Notes: a model not told the origin generated them from the sequence alone. DNA of 64,000 nucleotides from Cenarchaeum sp. (GCA_965212015.1 OZ243037.1:1184001-1248000), one strand, 5' to 3'; shown: positions 1 through 10,552, counted from the first letter of the stretch. A program made the numbers and translations.

Positions 1-656
1 AACTCGTCGAGCATTGCGCCCAGCGAGCGCCTTATCGACTCTGCGCCGCGCCCGGAGACGATTGCCGTCTTGCCGCAGAATCTTGCCCGGAGGCGCGCCA
101 AAAGATCCCATCCCAGTATCACCATGTCGTTTTCAATCAGGCCCGGCCCGGCAAAGGCGGATTTTTTCTTGAATATGCTGTAAAACATGTCCGGCCCGTA
201 AAAGATTTGATTAAACGTTGCGTGCAGCAGACCCGTGCCGTCCCCGGGATAGTCCAGCTTTGCCCTAATCCCAGAGACGTCAGACGCATCCAGGTATTTT
301 TCGACTGATTTTATTCCAGTGTCATCAGAGTTTTGAATCACACGCATGACAAAGTCGCGCGGATTACTTCCCGTGTTGCGCGCGGCTACCACCGAGAGTA
401 TTGCGGCATACGTGAGGTCGACTTCGTCGTTGAACCCGCCGGTGGCCTTGAAGCCGTCTATAATCTCCGGGGTGACCGGCATTGGATCCGGAATCGCCGC
501 CGCATTCTCCAGCACGTACCGTGCGGTTTTTTTTATGGTCAGGTCGTACGATTTGCGAATGTCCACTAGCACCCCGTCGCAGTCAAACACTACAGAGTCG
601 ACTGAATCCAGCCGCCCCACGGCCTTTTTGTCCATGTGGATTCCGCCGGAGCTCAT
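1..656 (-). CDS. HAD-superfamily hydrolase, probable histidinol-phosphate phosphatase (3' end runs off the window)
   Basis: Not in the ORF track; translated by hand: MSSGGIHMDKKAVGRLDSVDSVVFDCDGVLVDIRKSY... with HAD motif I DxDGVL. Its ATG overlaps the hisC stop (ATGA). Confidence 0.8.
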   Translation of the reverse strand, partial: MSSGGIHMDKKAVGRLDSVDSVVFDCDGVLVDIRKSYDLTIKKTARYVLENAAAIPDPMPVTPEIIDGFKATGGFNDEVDLTYAAILSVVAARNTGSNPRDFVMRVIQNSDDTGIKSVEKYLDASDVSGIRAKLDYPGDGTGLLHATFNQIFYGPDMFYSIFKKKSAFAGPGLIENDMVILGWDLLARLRARFCGKTAIVSGRGAESIRRSLGAMLDE

Positions 657-1723
657 CCCAGCAGATCCCTTATCGCAAGCAGGAATTTCGAATTCATGTC
701 CCGGGTTCCAATGGTCACGCGCAGGCACCCCGTGTGTCCCCCGATCCTGCCTAGCTTTCTTATGGATATTCCCTGCTCGACGAGCGCAGTATAGACGTGT
801 TTTTCTGCCCCGCGGGCGTCAAATAGCACGAAATTGGCCCGCGAGTCAAAGACGTCAAACGAGTCGTATTTTTTGAGGCTGTCTATCACCCTCTTGCGCT
901 CCCCCACTATAGTTTTGACGGATTCCTTGAGGAGCTTTGCCTTTTGGAGCGAGGCAATGCACGCCTCGATTGCAACGGTATTCACCGGATACGGATACTG
1001 AATCACGCGCCTGAACGTGTCAGTAAAGAGCCGGTTGGCCACAAAATATCCCAGCCTCAGCCCGGCAAGGCCGAAGGATTTCGAAAACGTCCTGGTCACG
1101 ATCAGGTTGTCCAGCTTTTTTGTCCAGGGTACAGCCGAATAGTCCCCAAACTCCCCGTATGCCTCGTCTATAATTACGAGTCCGGCAAAGTTTTTCACCA
1201 GTCCTTCCAGCTCGGGCCTGGGAAACTGGAATCCCGTCGGGTTGTTGGGGACGTCCAGATACAAAATGTCGGCGCTTTTGGACTTGGCTGCGAATTTTGA
1301 GGCGTCAAGCGTCATGTCTTTTGAGAACGGAATGCGTGTCATCGGAACAGAGTACAGTGCGCACCTCTCCTCAAAGAATCCAAAGGTGGGATTCGACGTG
1401 AGGACCCTGGTCTGCCTTGATGCAAAACTGCCAAGTATGAGATCCAGGATTTGATCAGAGCCGTTTCCCACGCCGATCATCGACTGCGGCATCCTGAGGT
1501 GCCTTGAGAGCGACTCTGTCAGCCTTTGCACCCCGCCGAGCGGATACTGGCGCAGATCAGAGTTCTTGGCCGCCGCACTCAAAAGATCGTGCTGTGCCTG
1601 CCTTGGAATGACAAAATTCTCATTCGAGTCGAGCTTTAGCGCGCCGTCGTGTATAGGGGGGGGCACGTACCCGCGCAGCTCCGAGTATTTGGCGGTTTTT
1701 TTCTCAAACCAGCCGGCGTTCAT
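653..1723 (-). CDS. hisC: Histidinol-phosphate aminotransferase
   Basis: LDSNEN, GNGSDQ, PNNPTG, DEAY and RTFSKSFGLAGLRLGY (PLP lysine) motifs; his operon context. Confidence 0.96.
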   Translation of the reverse strand: MNAGWFEKKTAKYSELRGYVPPPIHDGALKLDSNENFVIPRQAQHDLLSAAAKNSDLRQYPLGGVQRLTESLSRHLRMPQSMIGVGNGSDQILDLILGSFASRQTRVLTSNPTFGFFEERCALYSVPMTRIPFSKDMTLDASKFAAKSKSADILYLDVPNNPTGFQFPRPELEGLVKNFAGLVIIDEAYGEFGDYSAVPWTKKLDNLIVTRTFSKSFGLAGLRLGYFVANRLFTDTFRRVIQYPYPVNTVAIEACIASLQKAKLLKESVKTIVGERKRVIDSLKKYDSFDVFDSRANFVLFDARGAEKHVYTALVEQGISIRKLGRIGGHTGCLRVTIGTRDMNSKFLLAIRDLLG

Positions 1724-2991
1724 TGCAGCCTCTCCTCTAGCGCGGCATAGTGGTTTGGCAGGCCCTCAGATGACGTCAGGGTTTTCATGTGCGGGGCAAT
1801 CCTGGCAAGCTCGTCTGCGCTTGTCCTGACCTGGGTTCCAAGCTTTAGGAAATCCAGCACCGAGAGCGACCCGCGGGTTCTGCCGGCGCCGCCGGTTGGC
1901 AGGATGTGGTTTGATCCCAGCAGATAGTCGCTTGCGGCCGAAGGCGTGTTTGGGCCCAGCAGGACCAGGCCTGCGGCGTTTATTTTGGATCCAAGCGCGC
2001 CGGGGTTTTTGGTCATTATCTCAAGGTGCTCTGCTGCCAGTCTGTTGGCAAGGTCGATCATGTCTTTTTTTGTCCTGCAGACTGCAATAAACCCGTTTTT
2101 TTGCAGGCTGGCCCGAATTATGCCGCCCCTTTGCGCAGAGGCCGCCCTTTTATCCAGTATCGCGTCTATCTCTGATGCCTTTTTTGGCGAGTCAGTTATC
2201 ACGTGGCAAAAGGTGTCCCTGCTGTGCTCTGCCTGCGATATCAGGTCGGCGGCGACTAGCTGCGCATCAGAGGACGCATCTGCAATTATTCCCAGCTCCG
2301 TGGGGCCGGCAGTCATGTCGATTGCCTGGTGGCTGCCCACCTGCGACTTTGCAATAGTCACAAAGGCGCCGCCGGGGCCGACAATCTTGTCTACCGGCCG
2401 GATGGACGCAGTGCCGTACGAGAGGGCGCCGATTGCCTGCGCGCCGCCTGCCTTGTACACCTCTGTTGCGCCGCACATGTCGGCTGCAACAAGCGTCATG
2501 GGATCAATCCTGCCTGCCCCATCAGGCGGGGTGACTGCCACTATTCTCCCCACCCCCGCAATCCTTGCGGGAACAATCGACATTATCGCCGAGCTCGGAT
2601 ACCTGGCCAGCCCACCCGGAACATAGCACCCCACGCTTTGAATCGGAAAAAACGACCGGGATATGCTAGTTGCCCCGTCCCTTACCGTAAAGTCCTGCAG
2701 CTTGGATTTTAGAATCCTCTCCGAGTTCTCCAGGCGCCTCTTGACTCCCCTTATCGCCGCAGTCTCGCTTTTTGAGACCGCGCGATAGGCGCGCTTGATC
2801 TCTGTCTCAGATACCCGCAGTGATCTGGCGCCGGCGCCGAATTTTTTCTCGTATTTTTTGACTGCGGCGTCCCCGTTTTTTTGGACGTCGGCAAGTATGG
2901 CCCTCACCGTGCCTTGATCCCTTTTGGAATGGTCCCGCCGGGTCTTTGTGACAAACCCGTCCACGTTACGCACCGCAATGATTCTCATCAA
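1720..2991 (-). CDS. hisD: Histidinol dehydrogenase
   Basis: GCYVPGG, GGAQAI, KIVGPG, DMTAGPTE, SQAEH, AAEHL, GSNHILPT motifs. Confidence 0.97.
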   Translation of the reverse strand: MMRIIAVRNVDGFVTKTRRDHSKRDQGTVRAILADVQKNGDAAVKKYEKKFGAGARSLRVSETEIKRAYRAVSKSETAAIRGVKRRLENSERILKSKLQDFTVRDGATSISRSFFPIQSVGCYVPGGLARYPSSAIMSIVPARIAGVGRIVAVTPPDGAGRIDPMTLVAADMCGATEVYKAGGAQAIGALSYGTASIRPVDKIVGPGGAFVTIAKSQVGSHQAIDMTAGPTELGIIADASSDAQLVAADLISQAEHSRDTFCHVITDSPKKASEIDAILDKRAASAQRGGIIRASLQKNGFIAVCRTKKDMIDLANRLAAEHLEIMTKNPGALGSKINAAGLVLLGPNTPSAASDYLLGSNHILPTGGAGRTRGSLSVLDFLKLGTQVRTSADELARIAPHMKTLTSSEGLPNHYAALEERLQ

Positions 2992-3962
2992 TTTTCTTCG
3001 TCACGTTTTATCTCTTCGAGCTCCAGTATCTGGCGCGGTTCGTGAACCACCAGTCCCTGCGCGGTTTTCCGCAGTTTTGGAATGAGCTTGTGATAGTCGG
3101 ATTTTAGAATCACCGTGTTTACGCCGTACCAGCCGTCCTCGCTTAGCGGGCTTATCGTGGGACGTTTCAGCGACGTGATTCCATTTAGCAGCCGGTCTAG
3201 GTTCTTTTCCTCCACGTTTAGGTATATGTGCAGGTACTTGCGCCCGTGTACGGCGCCGCGCATGAGCGTGATAATGTCGAATATCTTTTCCCGCTTTGAG
3301 CTGTCTGCGAGTGATTTCCTGTTCACTATGAGGTGTGCGGTGGATTCAAGCACCTGATCTGCGATCTTTAGCTTGTTTTGCCTGAGTGTCGTGCCCGTCT
3401 CGGTGACGTCGATTATCGCATCGACGTCCTCTGGCGGCTTTGCCTCCGTTGCGCCAAAGGAGAGGTGAATCTGCACCTTTTCGTTTTTGCCAAGGCGAAG
3501 CCACGGCGTTACAATCAGGGGATCCCTTGCGCCGTAATATTTCTTGTAGGATTTTGACTGTTTGATGAACCTTGACGCAGTGGTAAGGTATTCAGACGAG
3601 ATTCGCAGTGTTTTTTTCCTTTTCGCATAATCGGCAATCATTGCATCGAGGTTCTTGTAGCGGTATTTGTCAGGAAAGGCCACCACCAGCTTTATTCTTC
3701 CGTACTCTAGATCCAGGACCGGCTTTGCGTCGGATTTTGTCTCCTCTATCCAGTCCATTCCGGTAATGCCCACGTCGTACAGGCCTTCTGATACCAGGGT
3801 GGGTATCTCTTGCGGCCTTAGCATCTTTACTATAATCTTGGGATCGTCAAGAAAGACCCTGTAGGTTCTGCTTTTTCTGTTTACCTTGGTCCACGACTTT
3901 TCAAGCATCTTGAATGTGGCATCCTCAAGGCTGCCCTTTGGTATGGCAAACTTTACTGACAT
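2988..3962 (-). CDS. hisG: ATP phosphoribosyltransferase (long form)
   Basis: AIPKGSL, LRPQEIP, GITGMD, GATEA, DVTETGTTL motifs and a C-terminal regulatory domain (PTISPL). Confidence 0.97.
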   Translation of the reverse strand: MSVKFAIPKGSLEDATFKMLEKSWTKVNRKSRTYRVFLDDPKIIVKMLRPQEIPTLVSEGLYDVGITGMDWIEETKSDAKPVLDLEYGRIKLVVAFPDKYRYKNLDAMIADYAKRKKTLRISSEYLTTASRFIKQSKSYKKYYGARDPLIVTPWLRLGKNEKVQIHLSFGATEAKPPEDVDAIIDVTETGTTLRQNKLKIADQVLESTAHLIVNRKSLADSSKREKIFDIITLMRGAVHGRKYLHIYLNVEEKNLDRLLNGITSLKRPTISPLSEDGWYGVNTVILKSDYHKLIPKLRKTAQGLVVHEPRQILELEEIKRDEEN

Positions 3963-3984
3963 TGCTGGATTTTTACCTAATAGC

Positions 3985-3991
3985 TATATAA
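3985..3991 (-). promoter_or_regulatory. TATA box of the probably leaderless his operon
   Basis: TTATATA on the minus strand about 23 nt upstream of the hisG ATG. Confidence 0.55.
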
Positions 3992-3999
3992 CATCGTGC

Positions 4000-5250
4000 C
4001 TAGAGCCGGCCTAGAATCCGGCCCGCCCCGTCTGCCGTCATGTCGTCCTGCTCGATCATTTTTGCCACTACCGTATCTATTTGGCCGGGTTTGGCACCTG
4101 CCGCGGCTGCGAGGTTTCTGGCATGAAGCCTCATGTGTCCCCTTTGGATTCCCTCATCAGAGAGGGCCCTCATCGCGCCAAAGTTCTGGGCCAGCCCGGC
4201 TGCTGCCATGACGCATGCCAGGTGTCCTGCCGATGTGACGCCGAGTATCTTTGTGCAGACCCTCGCAGTCGGGTGCGAGCCGGTTATTCCGCCAATGATT
4301 CCGACTGAGAGCGGAAGCGCAAGCTTGCCCGTCAGGTTTCCGCTCCCGTCCTTTGACCACTCGGTAAGCGAGCTGTACGAGGACCGGGCGGCATACGCGT
4401 GCGCTGCGGCCTCGATGGCCCTGCCGTCCTGCCCCGTTGCGTTGGCCACCGCAATAATGCCGTTCATTACGCCCTTGTTGTGCGTCACGGCCCTGTACAC
4501 GTCGTGCTTTGCAAACTGGTATGCAAGAAGCATCCTGTCGACTATCTCCCCGCCGCCTGTCGCGTCACGATCAAACGTGGCCGTGGCACTGACCATCCGT
4601 CCCGTGGAATAGTTCGAGAGTATCCGCAGTAAAGCTTTGCCGCCCGTAACCCTCTCAATTATCGGCGCTGCGGCCTCGCACATTGAATTGGTAACATTGG
4701 CGCCCATCGCATCGGCTGCGTCTATTGACAGCTCGACTATAAGCATCGGCCCCGCATCGGTTTTGATCTGCCTGCATGACACCTTTTTTGCCCCCCTGCC
4801 CATCCTTGAGAGCGTCCTGCTTTGCGAGTTTGCGGCACTTAGAATCTCGCCGGATGCAGCCTCAATCCCCGGTATTGCAGCGGAATTAGCACCAAGAATT
4901 TGTATTTGTCCAATGTTAAATGACCCGCCGGCCTCTGCAGAAAAGCCCCCGTGAATCCTTGCAATCTTTGCTGCCTTTGAGGCAGCTGCTACCACCGACG
5001 GCTCCTCGATTGCCATCGGGACAAGATAGTCCCGCTTGTTTATCGTGAAATTCGTGGCAATGCCAAGCGGCAGGGAGAATGTCCCGATCGCGTTTTCAGT
5101 CATCCTGTCTGCGTCGGCTCCCCGGATCCCCCCGGCATCATCGGTCAGAATCCGTGCCTCGTCACCTGACAGGCCGGCAAAGTCCCGGACTAGCTCCACC
5201 CTCTCCTTTTGGCTTTTTTCAAAAAATCCCGGAATCGAGGAGCTGGCCAA
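4000..5250 (-). CDS. hmgA: Hydroxymethylglutaryl-CoA reductase, class II (bacterial-type)
   Basis: ENAIG, PMAIEEPSVVAA, DAMGAN, RAVTHNKGVMNG, GIQRGHMRLH motifs. Confidence 0.95.
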   Translation of the reverse strand: MASSSIPGFFEKSQKERVELVRDFAGLSGDEARILTDDAGGIRGADADRMTENAIGTFSLPLGIATNFTINKRDYLVPMAIEEPSVVAAASKAAKIARIHGGFSAEAGGSFNIGQIQILGANSAAIPGIEAASGEILSAANSQSRTLSRMGRGAKKVSCRQIKTDAGPMLIVELSIDAADAMGANVTNSMCEAAAPIIERVTGGKALLRILSNYSTGRMVSATATFDRDATGGGEIVDRMLLAYQFAKHDVYRAVTHNKGVMNGIIAVANATGQDGRAIEAAAHAYAARSSYSSLTEWSKDGSGNLTGKLALPLSVGIIGGITGSHPTARVCTKILGVTSAGHLACVMAAAGLAQNFGAMRALSDEGIQRGHMRLHARNLAAAAGAKPGQIDTVVAKMIEQDDMTADGAGRILGRL

Positions 5251-5251
5251 T

Positions 5252-6355
5252 TTACCTCACTATCCTCACCAGCTTGTCGTCAAGGCCGTCCGGAAAGCCC
5301 TTTCCGTCGGTGTTGGAGGTAAGCACGTACAAAAACCCGTCGGGTCCCTCGCTTACGTCGCGGATTCTTCCAAGGCCGCCCAGGATGCTCTGCTCCATGT
5401 TTGCCTGTCCGCCATCCAGGTCAAGCTTGTAGAGGTTTGAGGTACGCAGGGAGGCCACCAGCATCTTGTCCTTTAGCGGAAGCCTGTCGCCGGAATATAT
5501 TTCGATTCCGCCCGGCTCTATTGCGGGATCAAAGCACGCAGCAGAGTCGGCAAAGCTCGAGTTTCCGGAGCACTGTTGTTCTGGCCACCCGTAATTCTGC
5601 CCGGGTATTATCAGGTTGATCTCGTCGTTTTTTGTGGGACCGGCCTCGCTTGAGAACATTGTTCCGGTCCTGTCCCATGCCATGCCGTGGATGTTTCTGT
5701 GTCCCAGGGTAAAGACCGGCGAGTCCTCAAACGGATTGTCCGCAGGTATCGTCCCGTCGTCGTTTAGCCTGAGTATTTTTCCCGCAAGCGAGTCTGCGTC
5801 CTGGGAGAGGTGTAGCGAGTCAGACACCGAGCCGGTGCCCACGTACAGCTTGCCGTCCGGGCCGAACTTTAGAACGCCGCCGTTGCTAAACTGTGAGCCG
5901 GGGATTCCGTCCAGTATCGTCTCTGCGTCCTCAAGCTTGCTGTCCTTTTCGGTTATCCTCAGTACCTTGTTCCACAGACTCCCGTCCTTGGCATACGTGT
6001 AATAGACGTAAAGAAAGCCGTTTTCTGAAAAATCCGGATGGGTGGCTATCCCCAGCAGTCCGCCGGCAAACACGTCGGCGGTTCGCAGTGTCGCCAGCGG
6101 TTCGTCCAGCAGAACCTGATCCTCGACTACGCGTATGTTCCCCTTTTTTTCCGTGACAAAGATTCTCTCGTCGCCAAAGGCGATATAGCGCGGTTTTTCC
6201 AGGTTTGATGCCAGGACTGTGACTGATTCGTTGCCAAGCTGTGTAGTTGACGGATCTGGAAGCGGCAGCGGATCAGACGGGGAGGTAAGGATGATTATCG
6301 AAAATGCCACTGCTCCAATAATTCCTGCTATGCGAAGGCGTTTGTCCACGTACAA
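5252..6355 (-). CDS. Membrane-anchored PQQ-dependent glucose/sorbosone dehydrogenase family protein
   Basis: N-terminal TM; GLLGIATHPDF, FGPDGKLYVGTG, GKILRLNDDGTIPADNPF, GHRN, NYGWP, GRIRDV motifs. Confidence 0.9.
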   Translation of the reverse strand: MYVDKRLRIAGIIGAVAFSIIILTSPSDPLPLPDPSTTQLGNESVTVLASNLEKPRYIAFGDERIFVTEKKGNIRVVEDQVLLDEPLATLRTADVFAGGLLGIATHPDFSENGFLYVYYTYAKDGSLWNKVLRITEKDSKLEDAETILDGIPGSQFSNGGVLKFGPDGKLYVGTGSVSDSLHLSQDADSLAGKILRLNDDGTIPADNPFEDSPVFTLGHRNIHGMAWDRTGTMFSSEAGPTKNDEINLIIPGQNYGWPEQQCSGNSSFADSAACFDPAIEPGGIEIYSGDRLPLKDKMLVASLRTSNLYKLDLDGGQANMEQSILGGLGRIRDVSEGPDGFLYVLTSNTDGKGFPDGLDDKLVRIVR

Positions 6356-6463
6356 TGATCCGCCGGTTCCTATTAATTACTTTCAGCAAGTCGCAGGACC
6401 GCCCCGGATCTGCCCCGCCGGATTCCTCCACGGTGCAATCCGTCCCGGGCCGGCGATTCATGC

Positions 6464-6551
6464 TGGTGCGGGAGATGGGATTCGAACCCACGAACTCCTG
6501 AGAGATAAGGATCTGAACCTTACGCCTTTGGCCAGGCTGGGCGACTCCCGC
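6464..6551 (-). tRNA. tRNA-Leu(CAG), CCA genomically encoded
   Basis: Acceptor stem GCGGGAG/CTCCCGC, anticodon arm TAAGG-TTCAGAT-CCTTA, long variable arm, GGTTCGAATCC T-loop, ends ACCA. Confidence 0.96.
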
Positions 6552-6691
6552 ACGATAAAAATGAAAAAAAATACGGCATAAGTTTCTTTATGTGGCACAG
6601 ATCAGGCGCCATTTGGGGGCGCATGACGGATCGGGCGCAAACCGGATGTTTCGTTAGTTAAAATGAGAGGCCGTCGATCCCCGTGTGGGAA

Positions 6692-6874
6692 ATGACGCGA
6701 TACAGGGAGATTTATTGCAATAACTGTAAAAAGATTCTTGGCAGGTACAATACAAAGTATTACTCGGAGAGCAAGATCGGCGAGGTGATCAGGACAAACC
6801 ATTCCCTGCACGTAAGGGAGGGACACGACCTAGAGCAGAGGCTGACGCAGGAAAAACCGGATCACGGGAATTAA
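6692..6874 (+). CDS. Small putative zinc-binding protein (CxxC ... HxxHxxxxH)
   Basis: MTRYREIYCNNCKKILGRYN...NHSLHVREGH; TTAAAA box upstream at about 6658. Confidence 0.7.
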   Translation: MTRYREIYCNNCKKILGRYNTKYYSESKIGEVIRTNHSLHVREGHDLEQRLTQEKPDHGN

Positions 6875-7956
6875 GAGTCGAATTCCTCCAATAGTTTTTT
6901 TTGCGTTTTGGTCAGCTTTTTGGGTATGTTTACGACGATTCTCACGTATTGATCCCCGCGGCCGGAGCCCTGGTGCGGCACCCCCCTGCCCTTCAACTTT
7001 ATGATATGGTTGGGCTGGGTGCCCGAATCCATCACTATATCCTCCGTGCCGTCAAGGGTCGGAACGCTGATTTTCCTGCCGAGTGCGGCATCGGTCATGG
7101 AAACGTCCCGATCATAAAAAATGTCGCCTCCGTCCCTTTTGAATTCCCGATGCGGCTCGACGTGGATTCTGATTATCAAGTCCCCGTTGACGCCGCCCGG
7201 TACAAACTCGCCCTCGTTTTGTATTGTGTAGTCCCCATTGTCGGCCCCCGGCGGAATCGAGAATTCCAGGTGCTTTGTTCCCTTTTTTACCCCCCGTCCC
7301 CTGCATTCCTTGCATGGTTTTTGAATCACCTGTCCCTCGCCCCTGCACTTTGGGCACGACACCACCGTAACAAACGAGGTGAATCCCATGTTTCTGCTTT
7401 TTCTGACCTGGCCGTGTCCGCCGCACTGCGCACAGGATGTCTTTGAGCTTCCGGGTTCGCATCCTGTCGCCTCACAGGCGTTGCATGCGACGTTTTTCTT
7501 GAGATCAAGATCCATATTTTTTCCCTTCAGGACGTCTATGAGTGAGATTGCAGTCTCGTACAGCATGTCTGAGCCGCGCTGCCTCCTGCCCCCAAAGCCG
7601 CCTCCCTGTCCCATAAAATTCTCAAAGATGGATTCGAATCCGCCCCTTCCGGAACGGCCGAACAGATCATTGAATACGTCATTAAAGTTGCCGCTTGCGC
7701 CCTGAAATATGTCCTCGGTGCTGTACTTTCCGTCGACTCCGGCGTGTCCGTACTGGTCGTATATCCCCCTTTTTTTGGAATCAGATAAAACTGCATAGGC
7801 CTCGGAGATTTCCTTAAAGTGCTCCGAGGCTTCGGCCGACTTGTTACGGTCGGGGTGGAATTTTAGGGCAAGTTTGCGATACTGGGATTTAATCTCGCTG
7901 GCCGGAGACGACTTTGATAGTCCCAAGACTTCGTAATAATCTCTTTTTGCAGTCAT
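6871..7956 (-). CDS. dnaJ: Chaperone DnaJ
   Basis: J domain with HPD, G/F region, four CxxCxxxG repeats. Confidence 0.98.
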   Translation of the reverse strand: MTAKRDYYEVLGLSKSSPASEIKSQYRKLALKFHPDRNKSAEASEHFKEISEAYAVLSDSKKRGIYDQYGHAGVDGKYSTEDIFQGASGNFNDVFNDLFGRSGRGGFESIFENFMGQGGGFGGRRQRGSDMLYETAISLIDVLKGKNMDLDLKKNVACNACEATGCEPGSSKTSCAQCGGHGQVRKSRNMGFTSFVTVVSCPKCRGEGQVIQKPCKECRGRGVKKGTKHLEFSIPPGADNGDYTIQNEGEFVPGGVNGDLIIRIHVEPHREFKRDGGDIFYDRDVSMTDAALGRKISVPTLDGTEDIVMDSGTQPNHIIKLKGRGVPHQGSGRGDQYVRIVVNIPKKLTKTQKKLLEEFDS

Positions 7957-7984
7957 GAATAGTCGTACAAGAATTACAAATTAT

Positions 7985-9907
7985 TTAATTGGTTCCCGTT
8001 CCCTTGTTTTTGTCCTGATTTTCAGGGTCGGGTTTATCTGCATCTGCCTGTCCTGCATCTGCCTGTCCTGCATCTGCCTGTCCTGCATCTGCCTGTCCTG
8101 CATCTGCCTGTCCTGATGCCTGATCCCCTCCAGCGGATCCCGGCCCGGGGGAGGCGGCGTTTTTATACAATTCGGTGGTAATTTCGTTTACTATGGACTT
8201 TAGGGATTCCAGCTTTGGCTTTAGGACGCCTACTTCCTTGTCAAGCGCCTCTTTTACCTCCTTTATTGCGTCGGTGACCTTGATTCCCTGTTCCTGAGAG
8301 ATTTTATCCTTCAAATCGTGATTGACCAGCTTTTCGGTGGTATAGATATAGCTCTCCGCCTCGTTTTTGATTTCCACCTTTTCCTTTTTCTTTTTGTCCT
8401 CGTCGGAGAACTTTTCGGCGTCCTCTTTTAGATTTTTGATTTCATCCTCGGATAGCTTTGAGCTGGACTCTATCGTGATTTTTGCCTCCTTTTGCGTGCC
8501 CAGATCCTTTGCAGTGACGTTGATTATTCCGTTGGCGTCAATGTCAAATTTCACCTCTATTTGCGGCACTCCCCTGGGCGCGGGCGGAAGATCCGTCAGG
8601 TTAAAGCTTCCAAGTGACACATTGTCAGTCGCCATCGGCCTTTCGCCCTGGACAACATGTATGGTTACTGCCGTCTGGTTGTCTGCCGCGGTGGTAAAGA
8701 CCTTGCCCTTTGAGGTGGGAATTGTGGTGTTTCTCTCGATTAACGGTTCACGGACGCCGCCAAGGGTTTCAATGCCCAGAGTCAGCGGGGTGACGTCAAG
8801 AAGTACAATGTCGCTAGAGACATCGCCTGCTATGATTCCGGCCTGAATTGCGGCGCCCATTGCTACTGCCTCCATTGGATCCACGCCGGATTCTGCCTCC
8901 TTGCCCACTACAGAGCTTACAAATTTTCTGACAGAGGGCATCCTGGTGGGTCCTCCCACCATTACAATCTTTGATATGTCTGATGAGGAAAGTTTTGCAT
9001 CCTCGAGGGATTTTTCAATGGATGTCCGGCACTTTTCAATGATCGGGTTGACTAGATCCTCAAGCTTTGCCCTAGTCAGCCGCAGCTCCAGGTTTTTGGG
9101 TCCCGACGAGGGATCATGCGATATGAACGGAAGGTTGATGTCAGTCTCCATTACCGTGGACAGCTCGATTTTCGCCTTTTCGGCGGCCTCCCGTACGCGG
9201 GTTATTGCAGTACTGTTCCCCGACAGATCGATTCCCTCTTTTTTTCTAAAATCATCCACGATGTAATCTATGATTGACTTGTCCATGTCCGTTCCGCCAA
9301 GCTGCGTATCGCCTGACGTGCTCATCACCTCAAAGACTCCGCCGCCCATCTCCATGGTCGTGACGTCGAGTGTTCCGCCGCCAAAATCAAAGACGAGTAT
9401 TTTCATGTCCTGCTTTGACTTGTCAAGGCCGAATGCAAGCGAGGCCGCAGTGGGCTCGTTGATTATCCTGACCACATCAAGGCCCGCAATGGTGCCGGCA
9501 TCCTTGGTCGCCTGGCGCTGGTTGTCATCAAAATACGCGGGAACCGTAATTACCGCCTTTTCGATTTTTTCCCCGATGAATGCCTCTGCGTCTTTTTTGA
9601 TTTTTTGCAGGATAAACGAGGAGATTTGCTGCGGCTTGTAATCCTTGCCCTGAATTTTAAAGACGTGATCGCTGCCCATCTTTCTTTTTGCCGCAATGAT
9701 GGTGTTTTCCGGATTGGTGACAGTCTGCCTGCGTGCGGGTTCGCCCACCAAGAGATCACCGTCCTTTGAGAAGGCAACGACTGACGGGAATGCCTTGCCC
9801 CCCGTAGTCGTCCCCTCGGCGGCGGGGATTATGCTGGGCTTGCCGCCCATCATGACTGCTGCCGCAGAATTGCTCGTTCCAAGGTCGATACCGATTATTT
9901 TTGCCAT
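7985..9907 (-). CDS. dnaK: Chaperone DnaK (Hsp70)
   Basis: [42 protein letters not shown] motifs. Confidence 0.99.
   Translation of the reverse strand: MAKIIGIDLGTSNSAAAVMMGGKPSIIPAAEGTTTGGKAFPSVVAFSKDGDLLVGEPARRQTVTNPENTIIAAKRKMGSDHVFKIQGKDYKPQQISSFILQKIKKDAEAFIGEKIEKAVITVPAYFDDNQRQATKDAGTIAGLDVVRIINEPTAASLAFGLDKSKQDMKILVFDFGGGTLDVTTMEMGGGVFEVMSTSGDTQLGGTDMDKSIIDYIVDDFRKKEGIDLSGNSTAITRVREAAEKAKIELSTVMETDINLPFISHDPSSGPKNLELRLTRAKLEDLVNPIIEKCRTSIEKSLEDAKLSSSDISKIVMVGGPTRMPSVRKFVSSVVGKEAESGVDPMEAVAMGAAIQAGIIAGDVSSDIVLLDVTPLTLGIETLGGVREPLIERNTTIPTSKGKVFTTAADNQTAVTIHVVQGERPMATDNVSLGSFNLTDLPPAPRGVPQIEVKFDIDANGIINVTAKDLGTQKEAKITIESSSKLSEDEIKNLKEDAEKFSDEDKKKKEKVEIKNEAESYIYTTEKLVNHDLKDKISQEQGIKVTDAIKEVKEALDKEVGVLKPKLESLKSIVNEITTELYKNAASPGPGSAGGDQASGQADAGQADAGQADAGQADAGQADADKPDPENQDKNKGTGTN
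8041..8115. repeat. 15-bp tandem repeat, 5 perfect copies (CATCTGCCTGTCCTG), encoding (GQADA)5 in the DnaK tail
   Basis: Units start at 8041, 8056, 8071, 8086 and 8101. Confidence 0.97.
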
Positions 9908-9921
9908 TTTATTTCATCTAA

Positions 9922-10518
9922 TTAATTTGATTTTGGTTTTTTTGATATTTCAACTAGTGCCGGTCTAATTACCGTATTATGAGAAATATATCCTTTCCTG
10001 ATCTCCTTTGTGATTGTGCCGTCATCTAGCATGCCGTCCTCGGCCACGGAGATCGCCTCGTGGAAGTTGGGGTCAAATATCTCCCCTAGCGAGTCAATCG
10101 GGGTGACTCCGCACTTTAGGAGCAGCGATTGCATATTCCTTAGGATAGAGTCAAAACCGTCGGCCAGCGTCTTGTTTTCGGCCGCCGCCGCCCTGGCCCT
10201 GTTAAAATCGTCGTATATCCCGAGAAGATCCAGCATGTACCTGTCGATTCTCGCATTGATGCCGTTCTCAATGTCGGATTTTGTCTTTCGCTCCAGGTTT
10301 TGAAAGTCGGCCATGGTGTGCTTTAGTTTTTCATCGGCTGCGGCGACTTTATGCCTTTCCTGCGAGAGCAGATCACGCAGCTCCTCGACAGAATCTCCGT
10401 GATCGATTGCCGGGCCGGGCTCTTTTTCCGGATTGTGCGGTTCCGGCCCTTGATCTGGGGCGGGTTCCGAATCCCTTATAATCACCGGAATCTCGTCTGA
10501 TTCGCCGTTTTCTTCCAA
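9922..10518 (-). CDS. grpE: Nucleotide exchange factor GrpE
   Basis: ADFQN, FDPNFHEAI, KGY...VIRPALV motifs; directly upstream of dnaK. Confidence 0.96.
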   Translation of the reverse strand: MEENGESDEIPVIIRDSEPAPDQGPEPHNPEKEPGPAIDHGDSVEELRDLLSQERHKVAAADEKLKHTMADFQNLERKTKSDIENGINARIDRYMLDLLGIYDDFNRARAAAAENKTLADGFDSILRNMQSLLLKCGVTPIDSLGEIFDPNFHEAISVAEDGMLDDGTITKEIRKGYISHNTVIRPALVEISKKPKSN

Positions 10519-10552
10519 TCTAGCAACTGCTGGTTTTTGGCTGATTTTAATC

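Noticed and set aside
6380-6551. tRNA-Leu with encoded CCA as an integration (att) site
   Set aside because: No integrase and no duplicated tRNA 3' end seen in the window; the flanks are core genes.
8041-8115. Tandem repeat as a possible CRISPR array
   Set aside because: The units are contiguous 15-mers with no spacers and lie in frame within dnaK; no cas genes are present.
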